NCBI GenBank assembly: GCA_965235115.1 | Contig: OZ249448.1 | Location: forward strand, 20,956,001-21,020,000 | DNA from: Laetmonice hystrix | Taxonomy: Eukaryota | Length of the DNA stretch: 64,000 nt | Direction of reading: 5' to 3' | Shown here: in pieces, positions 35,301 to 46,800 of the stretch | Layout: each line of letters begins with the position of its first letter | Position numbering within the stretch: position 1 is the first letter of the stretch | The notes under the pieces: model-generated | What the model was told of the DNA's origin: nothing | The model's database searches: none | The model's input: the letters and a program-made list of their open reading frames with translations, nothing else | Position numbers and translations under genes: made by a program

Positions 35301-38300
35301 CTACTAGAGGGCGCCGGCCTCCACCCGCCCCCCCCCCTCCCCACGCAGCCCACCAGCAACTCTACCTGAGGGTGGGCGTCTCCCGGACGACGGTTTCCTC
35401 AGTCTGGAGGAGTTTGGCGAGGTATGGTTCGATGGGGACGCCTTCCTCCAGTAGGCGGACGGAGGGCATGACGAGCTCGGCCCACGGTAGGCGGCCGTAC
35501 CGGCGCCAGGCGGCGTACAGCCCGGCCACCTCCCCCGGCACACCTACTGACAGACCCCCTGGGGAAAATATCATGGAAATTAATGAATTATGGTGTAAAT
35601 AAGACAATCTGTATTGTGACCACCCCCCCCCCCCCCCCTCCCGAAGTACGACCGAGAGGTATACTTACCAACGAATAGTTGTGAATCGTTGGGAAACATG
35701 GAGGGGGTTGTTGCTAGGGGCGCCACCTCCCGGGCAAATAATGACACCATTTCCTTCTTGGGGTTGTCTTGATATCTAGAACATTCAATACGACTTCCTC
35801 GCCTGAGCTTTCATGACTTTAAAGAAATGCGGAAAAATCCCACTTACCTGGGCGTCATAACACGTCAGGAGTAGGCCATTTTAATGTAACAACCAGTATG
35901 GTCATTGGACCGGGAAAATAACACAGGGCATTGCGGAGCAATGCTGGCTGTTCCATTGAAATTACCTACTGCCGATAGTGGCCAATGGAACTTTGGCCAA
36001 TGTGGCCAATGGAACATTTATTTCCACCGTTTGTGACGTCGAAGTAAATGGGATTTGCCCGTATCTTCGAGCAGATTACGATTTCGAGTAGAGAAAACGA
36101 AGACACATCCCCAAGCTCACTCCATTATACCTTCAAGATGGCACGTATCTTCATTACCGTACAGTGATGAGACTTACCGTTCATACCGTACAGTGATGAG
36201 ACTTACCGTTCATACCGTACAGTGATGAGACTTACCGTTCATACCGTACAGTGATGAGACTTACCGTTCATACCGTACAGTGATGAGACTTACCGTTCAT
36301 ACCGTACAGTGATGAGACTTACCGTTCGTACCGTACAGTGATGAGACTTACCGTTCGTACCGTTCCGTGGTGAGACTTACCGTTCATACCGTACAGTGAT
36401 GAGATTTACCGTTCGTACCGTACAGTGATGAGACTTACCGTTCATACCGTACAGTGATGAGACTTACCGTTCATACCGTACAGTGATGAGACTTACCGTT
36501 CGTACCGTACAGTGATGAGACTTACCGTTCGTACCGTACAGTGATGAGACTTACCGTTCATACCGTACAGTGATGAGACTTACCGTTCATACCGTACAGT
36601 GATGAGATTTACCGTTCATACCGTACAGTGATGAGACTTACCGTTCATACCGTACAGTGATGAGACTTACCGTTCGTACCGTACAGTGATGAGACTTACC
36701 GTTCATACCGTACAGTGATGAGACTTACCGTTCGTACCGTTCCGTGATGAGACTTAATTACCGTTCGTACCGTTCCGTGATGAGACGATGAGACTTACCG
36801 TTCGTACCCAACCGTACAGTGACGAGACTTCTTACCCTCTTATTAAGAGACTTACTGTTCGTAGAGCGTCATAAGGTGGCCGCCCCCTAGTCCGGTGTCG
36901 AGCGGCCGCACCAAGCCCACACACAGCTGGGCGGCCACGACAGCATCCACTGCCGAGCCGTGGCGGCGTCCCAAAATGTCACTACAACAGCCAAAGAGCA
37001 AAACAGGAAAATGACTTGAGCCTCCTTTTTACTGTGGCCGAAAAGTACAAACATTCTCGGCTGGGGGATTTCGATCCTCGGGTCACAAATGTCGCTACTC
37101 CGGTCAGATGTTGCTACGAGATTCGTCGAGATCGATCCTCGGCTCGCAGATTTCGATACTGGAGACATTGGACCCGAGTAATCTGCGAGCCAGGATCGAA
37201 ATCGACGACCCGAGTAGCAACATTTGACTGAGTTGCGACATTGGCGAGCCGAGATTCGAAATCGGCGAGCCGAGTAGCAACATCTGACCCGAGTAGCGAA
37301 ATCTGTGACCCGAGTAGCGACATATATGTGACCCGAGGATCGAAATCTTCCAGCTGAGAATGTTTGTACTTTTCGGCCACAGTACCTTTTACATAATTCT
37401 CTTCTAAATGACACATATTATGACATTTTTTTTAAATAACTGTAATGCCACAAAATAAAAACGTATTCCAAGCGACATTATCATGAGCAAACTACTGGTT
37501 TCGTGTTATAAATTTTCACAATGTTTTGAGACATATCTCGTTATATACCGAAAAAATATTCTCTGAAAGAATGAGAGAATGACTGAATGAGTAAGTGAGT
37601 ACGTGTACTTTGCAATTGGCGAGATAGAAAACTTACGCCCCAATCCTGGAGCAGGAAGTACTTGTAGTCTGTACTGCAGAATATTTGAACTGACTGAACT
37701 CGGACTTGTACACGGGTGCTGAAACGACACCAGAGTTGTTTTCTCATTCGGGGTTGTTGTTCATTAAGGGATGTTGTTCCGTGGCTACTCATTTCATCAA
37801 ACCTGAGAACCCTTTGACCCTTCACCTTTTGCCTTGACTTTAACTTTTAACTCAACCTCGTACCTATGAGACAAACTTCGTCCGGAACAAATCACTGGCA
37901 AAGTCCAAGTTTAACATGTGAGATATAAACATATAAAGGGGCATATTATGAGGAAACGTGAAAAATTGGTATTTCAAAGAACTCTTAATGTTTTCATAAA
38001 GAGATCCTTCATTAAAATTGCTTGGTAAACAAAGACAGATTTATCAGTTTCATTTTGCGTGAGAAATCGAAGTTTATGAAGCTCCCTTGCCCACTTCTCT
38101 GCCGATTTCGTAAAATATTTTTTGGGTGGCATTCTGATGCCGGACGATCGAGTGCAACTGCTGAATTGTTTACAACTAAGCGAAGCACGTGACTAAGCAC
38201 ATGCAGAGACTGCACACGCAGGATGTGACGGGTTGATAGGAGGTTGTCTACCAAATTATGGCGGGAGATGTGCTATCGGGAGAAATCTATGGGTTTGGTC

Positions 38301-38588
38301 GTATAGAACGTACTTGTGCTGCATACGCAGCGAAAACACGTCGGAGGACAAAATGCTGTGGTAGGATTATTTACTTGGATCCCTAGTACACAGTCATGTT
38401 GGATAATTGCCGGAAATCCTCAAAAACGTGTTCCATAGCATGCCCCTTTAAGTTTTGAAAACCCGGGCCATGTTCTTACGTTCGTCCTCAGCGAGACCAA
38501 TAACGAGGCCAAGTATAAGGGCGCTGAGGGCAGCAGTGATGGCGGCTGATATCAGCGATGTCTTCCAGTGTGGTATTATATCCTTCAT
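32329..38588 (-). CDS. GGT: Gamma-glutamyl transpeptidase-like paralogue B (12 exons, ~591 aa) with an altered substrate pocket
   Basis: Exons 38588-38480, 37718-37637, 36981-36856, 35775-35669, 35558-35366, 35204-35047, 34882-34730, 34138-34002, 33737-33547, 33296-33071, 32912-32799, 32508-32329. Intron phases match GGT-A, six exons have identical lengths, and the 1776-nt ORF is open. Confidence 0.92.
34377..34725. mobile_element. MITE with TGCGGGATTTCCACC TIRs, inserted inside a GGT-B splice donor
   Basis: TIRs at 34377 and 34725, flanked by TCA and TTA. The TTA is intron position +2 to +4. Confidence 0.75.
36156..36860 (-). repeat. 29-bp minisatellite (~23 copies) spanning the GGT-B exon-3 donor
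   Basis: The minus-strand unit TA(C/T)GAACG|GTAAGTCTCATCACTGTACGG copies the true exon end TACGAACA|GTAAGTCTC at 36856. Confidence 0.92.
37032..37382. mobile_element. Foldback MITE with TA TSD (Tc1/mariner-like)
   Basis: TA|CTGTGGCCGAAAAGTACAAACATTCTC...GAGAATGTTTGTACTTTTCGGCCACAG|TA, with internal GAGTAGC repeats. Confidence 0.85.
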
Positions 38589-39426
38589 TCTGGAGAGAAT
38601 CCACACACTACGACATCTCATGTAATCAGGTCATTTGTTATGGTCTATGCCGATGTTGTCGTTGGGGGCGGTGTAAGACAAGTGTTTTTTTGCAATACAA
38701 CATGTAGGCCTATATAATACAAGTGCGACTGTATTCTCATGATAATCAGTGGAAATAGGTAATGCCTTGATAACGCAATAGTCCCACTAAATGTAAGGCA
38801 TTAAAAAGGACATGAGTTGTAAAGTATCAATTAAAAAAATCAATTAATAAAGGTTGTGTAATTGTAAACATTAAGGTGAGTTCCCGTACCTGTGCTTGTG
38901 GTCGGCGTGTGGTATTAAAAGTGGTATGTAGCGCAGTCAGTCCGATCCGCCTCTGTGAGCAGGGTCACACATTCAACCAGATCTAGGCTATTCCTCAAGC
39001 TACGGCACAACTCGGCATGAAGATGTACAGCTGCCGACAGGTGTAAAATCACCAACTCTAACTCATTCACTTACCTCACAGTGTATCTCACGAGGGCCCC
39101 AATATTAAAGCTAGTCCTAGTTGGCAGCTATGAATAGAAATTCCTCTGTTTACCGAAGAAGGTGTTTACCACGGAACATGTCATATAGCCCACTGACGCA
39201 ATCACTCCGTAGAACTTTCACAACGATGGGACTCTCCGAAAGTGACGCCGGAACGTTGCCCAATGTTTCTACCAAGTACGATGTTCATGACATACATTTT
39301 TGTACAGGTGTACTCAGCGTATCGTTCCTTAAGAAGTTGTTATCATGAAAAAAAACTTGCATCATTTTAAGCGCAGATTCGTCCTGTGACAAACTCTGTG
39401 AGACAGAGATCCGGAAAAAAAATAAG

Positions 39427-39702
39427 CAGGCGCGTGTCCAGAGGGGGGGGGGGTCCAGGGGGTCCGGACCCCCCCCCCTGCTCCCACAGAGCATAGATTT
39501 TTTCTAAGCATTCCCGCCGTTTTGAACCCGTTCAGCGATTTTTTCTAAGCATTTCCGCCGTTTTGAACCTGGTGATCGATGAATTTACAAAATATAATGC
39601 CTTAAAATGGCCCCTAAATGGCGGGAATCGCGTTTCAGAGCTTCTAATTTAAAAAAAAATCTGAGACCCCCCCCCCTGCTGAAAATCCTGGACACGTGCC
39701 TG
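39427..39702. mobile_element. MITE with CAGGCGCGTGTCCAG TIRs and 5-bp TSD
   Basis: ATAAG is duplicated at 39422-39426 and 39703-39707. Confidence 0.8.
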
Positions 39703-39909
39703 ATAAGATCATCATGCAGTCGTATTGCAGACGTACTTCTACTTGATGTGGCCGACTTTGCAGAGTATGCTCCCCTTTTTTAAATAAATAGAAATATTTT
39801 AACCGGACAATCAAACCACTTTCAATAAACTAATTTTATTCGTAGAACTTCTAATTAATCATTCGTTAAAGGAAATGAAAACCACATTTACTGAACTTAG
39901 GGTTACATT

Positions 39910-42900
39910 CTAGTAACCAAACGCAAGTATGTCACTGTGGAAGATTGTTAAGATGGCTTGCATCACATCCTTAGATACAGAAGAAATGAAACTATGGGTT
40001 TTAAGTGTCGATGACTTTGCATTTTTCGGCATAGGAAACTCGGAGGTCATATTAAGTCTGGAGAGTATGCATTCTACATCCGATTTAAATGTCTCCATTT
40101 TACCGATGAAGTCATAGGATACCTCACACGGCCTACATCGGTCTGTGTACCTCTGCCAATGCGCGTCATAGTGACTTGATCTTGTCCGAATGAGATAGCG
40201 CAAGAACTGTTCAAATGTGGGCACCTTTGTATGTTGGGGTGACGTGGTGCTCGCCGTTGTAGAGCCTCGATCTGGTGTAGAGCCTCGCTCTGATCTAGAG
40301 CCTCGCTCTGATGTGGAGTTTCGTTCTGATACAGAGTCTCGTTCTCGCATCACACGTAAGGCAACGCGCCTGTAGAATGTGTTATTAACATTCGTCATCT
40401 TATCCCTGTAGGCCGATACTAAACGTTCCACTGGGTCCCTCACAAACATAAACTTATAATAGGTTTGCAGACGTTTCAGCGCCTCACCTTGTGGATACCG
40501 GTTCAATGTTTTGAGGCCGTATCTGGCCAAAATGATCTGGACTGCTGCATGATCGGTAGCCTCTGCCGCCGAGACGTTCACCCCAATAGAGGTCAGTAAT
40601 TTGACCTTCCACGACGAGCATCCCACCTTGGGGATGAAACAAAACAAAGCTTTCTCCTTCTCCATCACGATAAGGTTTGGCCATGCGTGTGTGGCCACAG
40701 TTTTGGGCGTGGTTCTCGGACACATAGTGGACGCATTAGCTCTCCGGGCCCGCCGGTCAGGATGACACTGACACATGGTGGTCTCACTCTGAGTGGGCAG
40801 GTCGGAACCACATTCATCTGCATAACATCATCACATATCAAGACTTAGTCAAGGGTGTAGCCAGGGGGGGTTTCCGGGTTGCCCGGACCCCCCCCCCCCT
40901 TCCCCAAATAAGATAATTAATAGGTAAATAAATAACTAAATAGATCTAAATGAATTACTAATATTATGATTGGGACCCCCCCCCCCCCGCCATCTCAGTT
41001 GGAACTTCCCCCCCCCCCCCCCCCATATCTCAGTTCTGCCTATACACCCCTGTTAGTGGGGGGGGGGTTAAACTCTGTTTCCCCCTCTTCTCATAGAGCT
41101 TTCTGAATCAATCCTGTTGACCAGCCTCTTTTCCAAACTCCTAAATAGGCCTACCTCCCTTGGTATACACAATCAGTATAATCAATCAGTATAATCCCTG
41201 ATATTCAATCAAAGGCGGGTCTATGACTCAAGTCGGCCCTTTCGGAAACGTGTCTGGCTCTATACTACCTATAACAGAGCTCAAACGTCAGTTATTCAGA
41301 AAAAGCGTTAGCGTTATTGAACGACATCACAGAAACTCATCATTGGTATAGCCAAAGAAAGCGCGAATTGGAAAGCATTCAATCAAGCGCCAATTTTCAT
41401 TAGAGTATTTAGCAGGAATTGAATATGCCTATACCTGTACGTGCAGGCTGGGCAGTAGAGTAAGGTCCAGTCTTGGTCGGTCTGTGAGCAGCCAGTTCTC
41501 CCCGGATCAACCTATACAGCCGGCCGCAGTTCTGCTTGGAGATCAACTTGTATTGAAAGGAATCCAATCTTGTCTGAGGATTCCGCCTGGATAAAATGAC
41601 GTCATGTTCACCTCAACCTCAACTTCAGCAGAAGCCAACCATATGTTCAAAATCACGTAGCGTATAAAGTCCATTATGTTTGGTAACGTTTACGCAACGT
41701 TTTGTAACGCCATGTACTGTTGAACACACGCCTGCTTACCTGGTTGTCACGCGGCCGTTGTGGTTGGTGTTGGCCAGGTGGGAAAAGGCCCAGTGATGAC
41801 AAACCTGGTAGGGAGTCATGGCCCACGCCCCCTCCAACATACCTCCGGCGGGACTCCTGCAAGGTACCGGGAAGGTGTCTCAAACGATAGGAGTAAATCT
41901 GATTGACGAATTAAGGCGGACGCTGACAGTCCTACGTCGAGGCGAGGGAAGGTATTCCCAATGCTTTTTGAGGTGAGAGATCAGAGTCATACACAAGTCT
42001 GAAGATGGCGAAAAGTCTTTTTTAACCTTAGGACCAGGGGTAGATCTATAGTTTAGGCTATAGGATCAGGGTTAGAAATTGTGGAGATTTAGATCTATAC
42101 CTCTTAAATTTCAAACAAACTTTGTGGGGCATCTACCTCGAAGGAATATGCGAAATCAAATCCATAAAGAAATCCATAATTACGCTTCTTGTAACCGGAA
42201 TAGAAAGGACTCTTGGTGCAAAAACCGGAGCGATCGAGATCTATCGAGATTGAAAAACAAGGAATACGAACATCTGGCCGTTAGTTCCGCCGGCTGACGA
42301 TAGGTGGACCGGCCCGCTTGTGGAGCATTTGAACTTCACCCCGGATGGATTTTCCGATTGTCGGAGGTCCGAGTCGTGGAAGATGAAGCAGTTGTATTTA
42401 GTTTTCAAGAGAATCTCCACAAATCCCATTCTCATCAGCTGGATTCGGTCAAACGGTACCCTACCTGACTGAATGCAAACACATATGATATAGGTCTAAA
42501 TTTTTTAAATCTTANNNNNNNNNNNNNNNNNNNNNNNNNNNNNNNNNNNNNNNNNNNNNNNNNNNNNNNNNNNNNNNNNNNNNNNNNNNNNNNNNNNNNN
42601 NNNNNNNNNNNNNNNNNNNNNNNNNNNNNNNNNNNNNNNNNNNNNNNNNNNNNNNNNNNNNNNNNNNGAAGATGGTGAGGGAGCCTAAATCAAATAATCA
42701 GATAGGCCTAGATCTACATGTAGGCTACATCTGTGAAAAGGTGAGAATTCTCTATCTTATTATAGGCCTAGTAGCCTAATTGATCATTCCCGTGAGATAC
42801 ATAGGCCTATAATTCACATCTCACCGGTTCAATGACATACATATCAACCGATGTGTTGGTCACTGAATAAAATGACGTAACGTCACGACTGAACGCGTTC

Positions 42901-44698
42901 CCATTTTGTGATTGGTCACGACGCAGGACAACGACGGCCGTTCTCGTCACGCGCGTCACCGTCGCGCTGGGGAGAATCCTCGAACACACGGACTCAAACA
43001 CTGTAAGACAATGGTACGTCATGTCATGAAACGCTGGTTTCTGTGACGTCACAATTATTAATAGGCACGGAGTCGTATGTTTCTCGGGGTAACTCGACAA
43101 ATACCTGAGGAAAGGGTGAAGGTGATCGATTCGAGCAGTAGCGTCGGAAGATACTTTTGATACTTAGGCCGACTCTGGCCCTGTTCTGGCCTACTCATTG
43201 ACAAAATAGGCTGATAAATAGGCCTATGGCTGAGTGAGGTTCAGCAGCTCTAGGGGGGGCAACCCCCTGCTTGGATCACATCGTCCCCCCTGCCCCCTGG
43301 TTCCGACGCCTATGTACATGTACTGACCTCAAGTCAGTGTATAGCCCAACATGAATTCTAGCCGTTCAGAATAACTTGTTTTAATCTATATGCTAATAAC
43401 TCTACTGTCCCTGCACATAACGGTCCACCTGTGTCCGGTTAGGTAAGCCTACCAGTATGCTATCAGAGCCATTAGGAGTGCCATTATTGGATCGTTGATC
43501 GGTTCAGCAAATTCACCTCTAAACCCGCATATCATGGATAATTCATTCATTCATTCATTCATTCATTCATTAGGCTTATTGGGGGCACCCCCAATATTTC
43601 ACAATTTACCAACTATTTAACTAACAGTGCCAGTAGTACAGAGCAAAATTCCCCAACATTTGCAGCAAGGGTGAGCTGAGCTGAGCAAGGGTGAGCATGA
43701 GCTCCTTCTCACCGTTTTCGTGTTTTTTGACGAAAACAGTGAGCAAAACGGTGAGCATGAGCTTCTGCTCACCCTTTCTTAGCTCAGCTCACCCTTGCTC
43801 ACGGTGGAAAAGTAAACAAAAAACCGGCCCCAGGAGCTTGGCTATGAGGGTGAAATTATTTAATTTTTTTTTCATTATTTTAAAAAGTATTGTTGTGAGA
43901 AGTTTTAGGTACGCAGGACCCAAGCTTTTTCAGCTGGATGTCCGTTTCTGGCCGTTGCCAAGGCGTTTCTCGCACTTATCTTTAACTTTTTGTATGCGTT
44001 TTGACCGTTATTCAGACGTGATTAGACGTTGATAGACGTTCCTCTATCCATATCCATCCGTTTTTACCGTTGCGAGGACTGTCTTTGGCCTGAGATCAGG
44101 CGCTCATATATTCGTTACGTGACTGTTTCTTGGACGTTATTCAGCTGTTTTCTTGCCGGTTTCACCATTCCATATACGTTAGGGGCGTTCCGTGGCTGGA
44201 GGCGGACGAGCTGCCCGCCTGCCCAACAGCCATGAAAGTCTAAAAACTGGTAAGATTCCGCCTGAGTAACGATGAAAACGGCAAGAAACCGCCAGAGTAA
44301 CGTATGAGAACCGCCAATCGCGATCGGAAGCCGGCCGTTTCAAACTTTGAACATATCCAAAGTTTAAAACGGCTAGCGCCGTCTGTCAACGTCTAGATAC
44401 GTCTGGAAACCAGCTGAAAAACGAATTAAAAACGAATGACAACGTCCAATAAACGTACGCCTTCGTTTTCAGACGGAATCGTTAAACGGCGCAGTGGGAC
44501 AGTAGCTTTATTCTCACCACTAAAGGGAAACTTACCCTCGGGTGACGGGAGGGTCGAGGTACGTCTGTCCCACGGTAACATGTAAGTGACGTCAAAGGTC
44601 CTGGGTAGTTCTCCATAATAGTGATAGAGGAGAGAAAGGAGGGTGAGTATACCACCCCCTCCCAACACCACCCTGCTCCAGCTGCTGGCGAGCTTCAT
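39910..44698 (-). CDS. Putative GT7 (beta-1,4-galactosyltransferase-like, degenerate) - carbohydrate sulfotransferase (Sulfotransfer_2/CHST) fusion, type II Golgi protein
   Basis: Exons 44698-44536 (TM), ~43190-43105 (acceptor uncertain), 43000-42825 (TAVVVLRRD...VDMYVIEP), 42468-42272 (PFDRIQLMRMGF..YNCFIFHDSDL..C..GPVHLS), 41856-41740, 41511-41435 (RLIRGELAAHRP..GPY), 40817-39910 (FCFIPKVGCSSWK, FVRDPVERLVSAY, HWQRY..C.PC...YDFIGKMET). Phases are compatible from 43105 to the stop. The CHST exon is high confidence; the joining is moderate. Confidence 0.72.
40850..41052. mobile_element. MITE with CA(A/G)GGGTGTA termini and 5-bp TSD
   Basis: TTAGT is duplicated at 40845-40849 and 41053-41057. 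Confidence 0.75.
42515..42667. other. Assembly gap (N run)
   Basis: Run of N inside an intron of the GT7-CHST gene. Confidence 1.
43665..43830. mobile_element. Harbinger-like MITE, truncated copy 3
   Basis: Same internal GAGCAAGGGTGAGCT repeats and right TIR as 9419-9680. Confidence 0.8.
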
Positions 44699-44939
44699 GG
44701 TCTCTCCGTCCGTCCCAGAGCTCCTATCGACGTCACAGACCTAATTATACGCCGCTCTGTCACCTGATCAGCTGCAGCCAATCCCATGCCAGGAGAAGCC
44801 ACGGGCTAGTACAGGGAGCGTAAAGGCGCTACTCCACTGGCTAGTTTTCCTCTCAAAGGTCCATCTCGGAGAGCAAGTCTCAAATGGATACTCCCGAGAG
44901 CATCAGAAAGCTTTCAAACGCTTTCAAAAGATGCCACAT

Positions 44940-45210
44940 TCCAACTCATCAATGAGTAGACTGTACTAGAATTTCCCCTGTCTGTGGGGCGTTTGTTCTA
45001 GAGATTATCGGGACAAGCCAAAAAGAGATGGCCGCCTGGAAAGTGATTGCCACAAAATGCGAAAGGAAAATTGGGGAAGTTCAAAGAAAAAAGCATAATT
45101 ATGAGAAACCAGTTTGGCGCTGAATTGAAAAAGATTGAGACAAGATGAGGCCAGGGAACTGACCAGATATATGAGTCAAAGTGGCCATTTTTGAAGGCTC
45201 TCGTGTTCAT
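44940..45210 (+). pseudogene. Decayed MADF/Myb-like DNA-binding ORF of the Harbinger element
   Basis: Across stops and frameshifts it reads FPCLWGVCSRDYRDKPKRD..AWKVIA...MRNQFGAELKK...IYESKWPFLKALVF. Confidence 0.8.
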
Positions 45211-45212
45211 AA

Positions 45213-46442
45213 GGCTGAGTTCACATAGGAGTATACGACATGGGTATACGGTGCACGTTTTGCAGGGCACGCGAATAGTTTAAATCGTACAATAGGATCT
45301 TATAATACCGGGTCACATCAGAGGGCACTATTCGAAAAGACGTATAGTATAGTATAGTGGGAATCGTGCGTGTTCGATTTTAGTGCAGCGTATACCTTGG
45401 GGTGCCTGTGTTTAAAAGTTCAGCATTTACACAGTTCTTGACATTTTTTAACTAAATTTTCAGATCCAAGGGCATAATACTCTTAGAAATCTTTATTATG
45501 CTTTTATACATCCCTACCTGAGCAATGGTATCTGTGTATGGGGATTAACACATGGAATATACCTGGATTAGCTTATAAAATTACAAAAGAAAGCTATTAG
45601 GGTTATATGTTCAAAGTCGTTTAGAGAACATACTGCCCCTCTTTTCAAAGAATTATGTATTCTCCCTTTAAACCAACTTTATAAATTCAAGTTAGCAATT
45701 TTTATGTTTAAAGTCTACCACAACATCCATCCCGCTGCCATAGTAAGAATTTTTCACACAAATACTAATCCACGTACCAGGCAACATGGTCAATATATGA
45801 TTCCTAAACACATGTGTCAGTCGTATAACAAATCAGTAGCAATCCAGGGTCCTAAATTATTTAATGAATTAATTCATAAAACAGAATTTAATATCTCAAT
45901 TCATTCCTTTAAGAAAAAGTTAAAACTGCTCCTAGGGTAATTTCTTTGTGGTTTACAAATACCTGTACATGTGGTTGTCTTGTGATCTGTACAAATTTGT
46001 ACAATTATTTTTCTGTTTTTTACTAAAAATTCTTTGTTATTTTTGTTAGTGTAAATTCTGACTGTTAATATGAATACGTAGGAGTAATATTGATAACAAT
46101 GATGTCTAGTTTGCTTAATGTATGAGTTCTAATGTTCGTTTGCGAAATATACAAGTCGACACGACTTCTTTTTCGCCACTGTATTTGTCCAAACATGTAT
46201 GTATAAATTCAAACTATATAGAAAAAATAAACTTCAACTTCAACTTCAACTTCAACTATATATAGGGGTATTGACTCTGAAAATTTCAAAGAAATCAGTT
46301 CAAGGGGAGGGGCAGGGGGGCACCTTTCAATTCATGTCGGGAATTAAGACACTGGCGGGCGTGACTCGCCGTGCCCGTATAGCGTATAGCGAATACCGAA
46401 TAGCGAATACCGTATACCGTATACTCCTATGTGAACTCAGCC
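45213..46442. mobile_element. Second TIR element nested in the Harbinger
   Basis: 25-bp TIR GGCTGAGTTCACATAGGAGTATACG / CGTATACTCCTATGTGAACTCAGCC, flanked by TAA and TTA. Confidence 0.85.
45450..46257 (+). mobile_element. 5'-truncated LINE (L2/Crack-like RT C-terminus, 3' UTR and (CAACTT)n tail)
   Basis: LRNLYYAFIHPYL..GICVWG..LIKLQKKAIRVIC..HTAPLFKEL.IL..LYKFKLAIFMFK..GPKLFNEL..SFKKKLK, followed by AATAAA and an (ACTTCA)n tail at 46227-46257. Confidence 0.85.
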
Positions 46443-46487
46443 TTAAGGCCGGTTTGCATGCAAGAAAATCAACCAGTATGTCCAAAT

Positions 46488-46800
46488 TTATGGCATGTGG
46501 TCAAAAATCGCAGTGTAGCCGCCAATCGTTCCTCTGACCCGGGTGTCGTGACGCAATAATAATGACTCGACTATGACGGCCAGTTCCTCAAAATCTTCTG
46601 CCGTCATTCTGAGGACATTTGTCAAATGAATGGGGTCCTCAAGTCGTAGTTCTTGTAGCAGGGCGTATAGTTCTTGTAGGAACGCACCGCGAATCTTCCA
46701 CCTCAGAAACCAGCTTTGGGCCCAGACACGGTGCTTCTTTTTCGGCTTTTTCCTTGTGATGATAATAATGATGATGATGGCCGGGATAGCCACTCCCAGC
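46488..46800 (-). pseudogene. N-terminal fragment of a Harbinger transposase
   Basis: RVWAQSWFLR..RGAF.QELYALLQELRLEDP...NVLRMTAEDFEEL..IVESLLLRHDT is typical of the HARBI1-like N-terminus. Confidence 0.82.

Noticed and set aside
43105-43140. Alternative frame DHLHPFLR resembling the GT7 YLHPFL motif
   Set aside because: The homologous segment is already in exon 43000-42825, and this frame is phase-incompatible with it.
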